Source: an uncultured Pseudomonadota bacterium
GTDB lineage: Bacteria; Oederibacteriota; Muellerivitia; Muellerivitales; Muellerivitaceae
DNA: 64,000 nucleotides
Direction: 5' to 3'
Assembly (NCBI GenBank): GCA_963843375.1
Contig: CAWJKT010000011.1
Span: 160,001 to 224,000, forward strand
Both the position numbers and the translations under genes were made by a program. Shown here one piece after another: positions 59,732 through 64,000 of the stretch (within the stretch, counting starts at the first letter, position 1; the number at the start of each line of letters is the position of its first letter). Below the pieces are notes generated by a model. It made no database searches. It saw nothing but the letters and a program-made list of their open reading frames with translations, and was not told the DNA's origin.

Positions 59732-61029
59732 AATTTCCAGCCAAACAGCCCATCGTTTATATTCGGCCTCGTCAGACCGATAAACAATTATTGGAAGATC
59801 CAAGGATTATTGGGCATTACCAGGGAATCCACATGCCGGCAACAGCTCCAGATGGAGTCAGAGAAATGATCCGTAATCTTGGCAAGCCAACCTTTATTGA
59901 TCCTGATACGTATTTTTACTCCTTGCCGCTTAAACGTTTATTTGCGGAAGAGAAAAAAACATTCAAACCAAGTATCGGAAGGTTGTTTGGGGAATATCAA
60001 AGCATCGGGGACGTTAGTGTTACCTCATCCCGTACGATTCCCGGAAATCCGTCCGAGATTCAGTTCTTTGTAAGGCGAGTCTTGGAATTTCAAAATAGCC
60101 GTTTGAACGGCCAAACAACTTTGGTGAATGCAAATTATTCCAAATATGCCGATTGGCAAAAAAGCTATGGAGAAGTTGTTAATTACGAGACCTCGACATC
60201 TGAACCAGAATTCCTAATACCGCCTTATTTTTACTTTGATAAACATGACAATGAAAAATACAAGTTGTCATTGGCATGCGCAAAAGCTGCCCTTCGTTCG
60301 AGACCAACGGGAAGTTCCATTTACCCGGTTATCTTTTTCTCAAAAGTCTTGCTTAAGAAGGGAGATGTAATACAAAAAATTGTTGATGACTATCTTGGAT
60401 TATCCGCGGACGGATTCATCCTTTGGATTAATGATTTCAAAGAAGAAAAAGAGCCGTTAGAAACTCTACTTGGGCTTTCTGCTTTAGTTAAGAATATTTC
60501 AGGGTCCAGAAAGCCGGTCCTGAAGTTGTTTGGCGGATATTTTTCACTTTTGCTTTCTCTAAATGGATTGACTGGTTTTTCATGTGGGTTGGGCTATGGG
60601 CAATCGAAAAATGCTTTCGCTTATGGTGCGAAGATGCGCGGGAAGTTTGAACCGAAGTATTACATCCAAGCTTTACATCGGGGTGTGGAGTTACCTGATG
60701 CCGAAAGATTAATACGATCTATTCCAGAATTGAGATGCTCCTGTGTTGTTTGCCAAAAGACTTTCGGTAGGAATTTTGACAATTTTTCAAAGATGAGCGA
60801 AGCCGGTATGTGCGAATGCCATTTTCTAAATGCGCGGCGACAGGAAATTAAAGAAATCATGGAAAAAGGCAAAGACTATATCTCCAGCTCAATCAAATTG
60901 ACAGCGAACTCATTCCAAATGAATTCATTAGTTGATGTTCGTGCTTTGAAAAATTGGGCCATGGTTTTGGATGAAATGGATCAAGCGGCAGGATCAAAAG
61001 TAATTAATATAAAAAGGTCCGGGGGGTGA
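59728..61029 (+). CDS. TIM-barrel protein with TGT-like CxCxxC...H Zn site
   Basis: ATGA overlap; FIDP.TY, LIPPYF, DGFILW, GFSCGLG, KYY...LH, CSCVVC...HFLNAR. Confidence 0.6.
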   Translation: MKFPAKQPIVYIRPRQTDKQLLEDPRIIGHYQGIHMPATAPDGVREMIRNLGKPTFIDPDTYFYSLPLKRLFAEEKKTFKPSIGRLFGEYQSIGDVSVTSSRTIPGNPSEIQFFVRRVLEFQNSRLNGQTTLVNANYSKYADWQKSYGEVVNYETSTSEPEFLIPPYFYFDKHDNEKYKLSLACAKAALRSRPTGSSIYPVIFFSKVLLKKGDVIQKIVDDYLGLSADGFILWINDFKEEKEPLETLLGLSALVKNISGSRKPVLKLFGGYFSLLLSLNGLTGFSCGLGYGQSKNAFAYGAKMRGKFEPKYYIQALHRGVELPDAERLIRSIPELRCSCVVCQKTFGRNFDNFSKMSEAGMCECHFLNARRQEIKEIMEKGKDYISSSIKLTANSFQMNSLVDVRALKNWAMVLDEMDQAAGSKVINIKRSGG

Positions 61030-61034
61030 TATCA

Positions 61035-61166
61035 GTGGCAAATTTTTTAGCTTTCAGGCCAAAAACTAAAACTAAAAGACCTGTCGAGTTCAAAACATCG
61101 AACGGTCAAAAAGTCCAATTCAATGCGAAGAGAAAACCGTTGAGAAGGACTAGGGTGAAGTTTTAA
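61035..61166 (+). CDS. 43-aa highly basic peptide (not in ORF track)
   Basis: GGGGGTG SD-like sequence then GTG; MANFLAFRPKTKTKRPVEFKTSNGQKVQFNAKRKPLRRTRVKF*. Confidence 0.5.
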   Translation: MANFLAFRPKTKTKRPVEFKTSNGQKVQFNAKRKPLRRTRVKF

Positions 61167-61218
61167 GAGGCAGGTTATTAATAAAAACCCGCTCTCCAAA
61201 AGTTGAAAGGAGTAAGCC

Positions 61219-61428
61219 ATGGGAAGGTTTCATTACAATCCGAAAGGATATCCCGTCTGGAATGACAGTGGAAAATTGGTTCATAGAACTGTGGCCAAAC
61301 CCAAAGGGAATCAAGTCACCCATCATATCGATGGGAATCCCAAGAACTTCAGAAGAGACAATCTGGTCAATATGAGCCCAAGTGAACATGCGAAACTTCA
61401 TGCGAGAGAAAGAAGGCGGCCTATGTGA
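61219..61428 (+). CDS. Minimal HNH endonuclease
   Basis: SD AAAGGAG; KGY...VHR.VA...HHIDGNPKN...DNL......EH..LH. Confidence 0.8.
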   Translation: MGRFHYNPKGYPVWNDSGKLVHRTVAKPKGNQVTHHIDGNPKNFRRDNLVNMSPSEHAKLHARERRRPM

Positions 61429-61503
61429 AGGCCTAGAAAGGGTTTGGGGCAAGGCCCCAGGAGAAGGGGGTGTGCCGAGGATCGGCAAAGCCAGCCGAGG
61501 CCA

Positions 61504-61522
61504 GGGGGAAGGCTTTCCCCCC
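61504..61522. terminator. Possible terminator hairpin between convergent genes
   Basis: GGGGGAA-GGCT-TTCCCCC. Confidence 0.45.
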
Positions 61523-61529
61523 AAAGAAA

Positions 61530-63158
61530 TTATTTTTTAGGATAAAGATTTCTAATTATTTTTGGGATATTTACTTGAGCTAGATATGTTTCGCAAAACT
61601 CAGCCGCTCTCGGATTCTCTTTTAAAACGTCTCTGGTGAATAAAATCAGTGATTCTTCCTTCAAATTACGAACCAAATCCGCGAAAACTTCACCTACATG
61701 CCAACGATTATGGGATAAAGCAAGTATGGGCAGGCGTTTTAATATTAGAAAATGGATTTCATTATCTGTGGTCCAGTTGAATATTTTTTTGTAAAGGTTG
61801 GCGATTACATCACAGTAATCAAACCCGACCTCATCGATGTAAGAATCGTAAGATTTTAAAACCTGTTTAAATATCGTTGGTTGTTTTTCAATCATACATT
61901 TAAAAATTGGTTCTGGAATTTTTGGAAATATTTGAATCATTGCATCGGAGTTATCTGTAACGTCCAAAATTGACTTAGCAAAATCTTCGATTTCTTTGTT
62001 AGATATACGCTCTTTGTCTTTGAGTTCTCTCGCAGTTTTCAAAATACTCTCTGCGGATTTTTCAAACTCGAAACCGTCTCCGAGTAGTAAATTTAAATCT
62101 TTTAAAAACACTTGAACACTTTGGTATCTCTGCTTCGGGTCACTGTGAGTTGCTTTATTAATTAAATAGAAAAATTTTCTTGGGATTAAATCAAAATCCA
62201 AAGTGGGGTATGGACTTTTACCAGAAAGTATTTGATACAGAAGTTTTCCTAAGGAATAAATATCAGCAGGTTCTCTGGCGCTTTTGGCGTCTTCCCATTG
62301 TTCAGGGGCGACGTATCCTATTGTTCCAATAGGAAAATTAGAAAGTGTTACGGAGGGAGAATCTCGATCAATAAATTTCCCTAAACCGAAATCCGAAATA
62401 GTCGGGAAAAGACCTTTGCCTTCCTGATTTGGAAAAAGCAATACGTTTAATGGTTTCAAATCCCTGTGAATAACGCCTTTGGAATGGGCAAATGAAACGC
62501 CCTCAGCTATTTGTAAAAAAAGAGGAATTTGTTTTTCTCCGTGGTTCTTTTTTAAATATTCCTCTAAGTTAAAGTATGCTTTTGGCATTACAAACCAGGG
62601 AAGTGAAGCTTCAAGGTCCATATCTAAAATGGGAACAATATTTTTGTGCTTTAATTGGGATTGAATTCTTACCTCTCTTTTAAATCGCCTAACATCTTCC
62701 TCTTCGTGATCCTCTTTTAAAAACTTCATTGCGTAAATAGTTCCGTCTTTTCCAACAGCTTCATATACTTCACCAAAGCCACCATTGCCAATTAAGCTCT
62801 TCAAGGAATATAGATTTCTTTTTGGGCTTGAGGGTTTTTGGGATTCTTTTTCTTTGTCCGAGTAGTTCTTCTGAACAACAAATTCGACTGAAACAACTTC
62901 TGGTTCATGATCTTGAAGAGGATATATGCCACGCACCATTTCAAGAATTAGTTTTTGGTCCTCAACGCTAATTTTTTTTGTTTTAACGTAATCTTTTGGA
63001 GGAAGGTAAATGATGAAATCTGAGATTAAGGAAAATAACCGGCTTCCATATTGGTTTGATACCCGTAATTCGCTTGAGGCATCTTCAAAGATTTCCGATA
63101 AATCTTCACGGCCTTCCGCGTTCAAAAGATCAATAAGAGTTTTTATATCTTCATCCAT
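61530..63158 (-). CDS. Soluble Hanks-type Ser/Thr protein kinase with extra N- and C-terminal domains
   Basis: GNGGFGEV, YAMK, HRDLKPLN, DFGLGK, GTIGYVAPE, DIYSLG; no TM helix. Confidence 0.93.
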   Translation of the reverse strand: MDEDIKTLIDLLNAEGREDLSEIFEDASSELRVSNQYGSRLFSLISDFIIYLPPKDYVKTKKISVEDQKLILEMVRGIYPLQDHEPEVVSVEFVVQKNYSDKEKESQKPSSPKRNLYSLKSLIGNGGFGEVYEAVGKDGTIYAMKFLKEDHEEEDVRRFKREVRIQSQLKHKNIVPILDMDLEASLPWFVMPKAYFNLEEYLKKNHGEKQIPLFLQIAEGVSFAHSKGVIHRDLKPLNVLLFPNQEGKGLFPTISDFGLGKFIDRDSPSVTLSNFPIGTIGYVAPEQWEDAKSAREPADIYSLGKLLYQILSGKSPYPTLDFDLIPRKFFYLINKATHSDPKQRYQSVQVFLKDLNLLLGDGFEFEKSAESILKTARELKDKERISNKEIEDFAKSILDVTDNSDAMIQIFPKIPEPIFKCMIEKQPTIFKQVLKSYDSYIDEVGFDYCDVIANLYKKIFNWTTDNEIHFLILKRLPILALSHNRWHVGEVFADLVRNLKEESLILFTRDVLKENPRAAEFCETYLAQVNIPKIIRNLYPKK

Positions 63159-63185
63159 AATTTTCTCTTTTTTATGAAAGGAGTT

Positions 63186-64000
63186 TTACAGGTCTAATAC
63201 TTTCCTTAAACGGGTGGATTGTTCTTGTCGCTTCTTAGCGGTCATTCGGCGGATATTTTCAAGCTTCCACCGCAAACCCGGCAATCGCTCGATGTCAGGC
63301 AAGCCTAAGAGGTTCCAATCTGGTTCTCCATCCTTGAGAGACAGCAAAAACTTCTTTTCCGAAACGGTCAAGCTTTTATGGATAAGGCGAAGTAATTCAT
63401 CCCTGGTTTCCACCAAATGTTTTAGGTCAATGGGTTCAAGGGTCATCCCTTTGAATTCTTTTTCAAAGGTGGGCTTCATGTCCTTCAATTTAGGCTTAAG
63501 CAGTTCATTCATGGGTCTGTCGTGGCTTGCTAGGTAAATAACAAACGCCCGACGGATTTCATCAGTCAATCCCTCGTTCTCCAATAGAAGTTTAATATCA
63601 AAAAAATCTCTTGGGTGTTGGCGGTCCAGGGCCGCGCAAATTTTTCCGCCGTAAAGATCGGCCAAAGATAAGAGCCGCGCGGATACCGAAAGCTCAAACA
63701 TTTCCTCGGCCTTATGGCAAAGGGTGGCTTGGACAGGGGGATAAATGGTCCCTCTTAGAACTAAGTTAGGCTCAACCTTAATCGTGGCTTCTTGGTGCCG
63801 GACGGTTAGTTTTACCGTGTGGTCGGTGCCTTTTAGTCGTTGTTCTTCGACTTGTGCACCCAAGACCCGTCTGACCTGGGTGGCGACTTCCTTGAGCGAC
63901 TTTGAAATATCAGCCAGGGCTTCTTCCCTGGTATTCAGCGGAAGATAGGTAAGGTCGATATCAACCGAAAGCCTCGGCATATCCCGGACGAAAAGATTGA
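63186..64000 (-). CDS. AbiEii/AbiGii nucleotidyltransferase toxin (5' end outside window)
   Basis: INLFVRDMPRLSVDIDLTY, IKVEPN...RG, GGKICAALDRQHPRDFFD. Confidence 0.92.
   Translation of the reverse strand, partial: NLFVRDMPRLSVDIDLTYLPLNTREEALADISKSLKEVATQVRRVLGAQVEEQRLKGTDHTVKLTVRHQEATIKVEPNLVLRGTIYPPVQATLCHKAEEMFELSVSARLLSLADLYGGKICAALDRQHPRDFFDIKLLLENEGLTDEIRRAFVIYLASHDRPMNELLKPKLKDMKPTFEKEFKGMTLEPIDLKHLVETRDELLRLIHKSLTVSEKKFLLSLKDGEPDWNLLGLPDIERLPGLRWKLENIRRMTAKKRQEQSTRLRKVLDL

Larger units (their letters stand above)
46636..64000. mobile_element. Integrative (probably mobilisable) element / defence island; right end outside window
   Basis: Integrase and Xis-like gene next to a tRNA, relaxase and coupling protein, abrupt GC shifts, dense RM/TA/Abi cargo. 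Confidence 0.85.

Noticed and set aside
59728..61029. Calling the TIM-barrel protein tgt or dpdA
   Set aside because: It lacks the DSGG motif and Dpd/Que neighbours; only the Zn motif and general pattern agree.
61150..61524. 124-aa minus-strand ORF
   Set aside because: Antisense to the mini-HNH, which has a strong SD and a clear motif.
46672..64000. Prophage interpretation of the island
   Set aside because: No capsid, terminase, tail or lysis genes seen; the relaxase and coupling protein point to conjugative mobilisation.

Overview
Bacterial chromosomal window in two parts. Positions 1-46.6 kb are mid-GC core genome. They hold an ABC-2 permease, a large secreted SBBP-repeat protein with a Thr/Pro linker and FlgD-Ig-like tail, a TPR/beta-barrel protein, acyl-CoA dehydrogenase, GNAT, aldo-keto reductase, rhomboid, YfhO-like protein, AmmeMemoRadiSam radical SAM, DUF815 ATPase, alginate-lyase-like protein, CobB, MFS pump, GH5, aroK, gpsA, cysH, a degenerate PstS, zwf-opcA-pgl, tkt, Fur/PerR with a peroxiredoxin, CrtC-like hydratase with a GT2, and two tRNA-Ser genes. 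At least seven conserved genes are split by single-base frameshifts, most likely sequencing or assembly indels. From about 46.64 kb to beyond the window end lies an integrated element abutting the 5' end of tRNA-Ser(TGA). Its GC-rich backbone carries a tyrosine integrase, Xis-like HTH, Replic_Relax/MOB_C-like relaxase, VirD4-like coupling protein and an RHH protein. Its AT-rich cargo is defence-like: McrA-like HNH, Vsr, AlkA-like glycosylase, an FseI-like HNH endonuclease with a NgoMIV/NaeI/FseI-like C5 methylase, GmrSD-like protein, RadC, Ser/Thr kinase and AbiEii. The best candidate for an undescribed system is a translationally coupled operon at 57.9-61.4 kb: ECF sigma, an anti-sigma-like/YwgA-Panacea-like fusion, a PD-(D/E)XK nuclease, a TGT-like Zn TIM barrel, an unannotated 43-aa basic peptide and a mini-HNH. 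It is preceded by a GC-rich multi-hairpin element. All family calls come from motif recognition by eye; no database searches were run.
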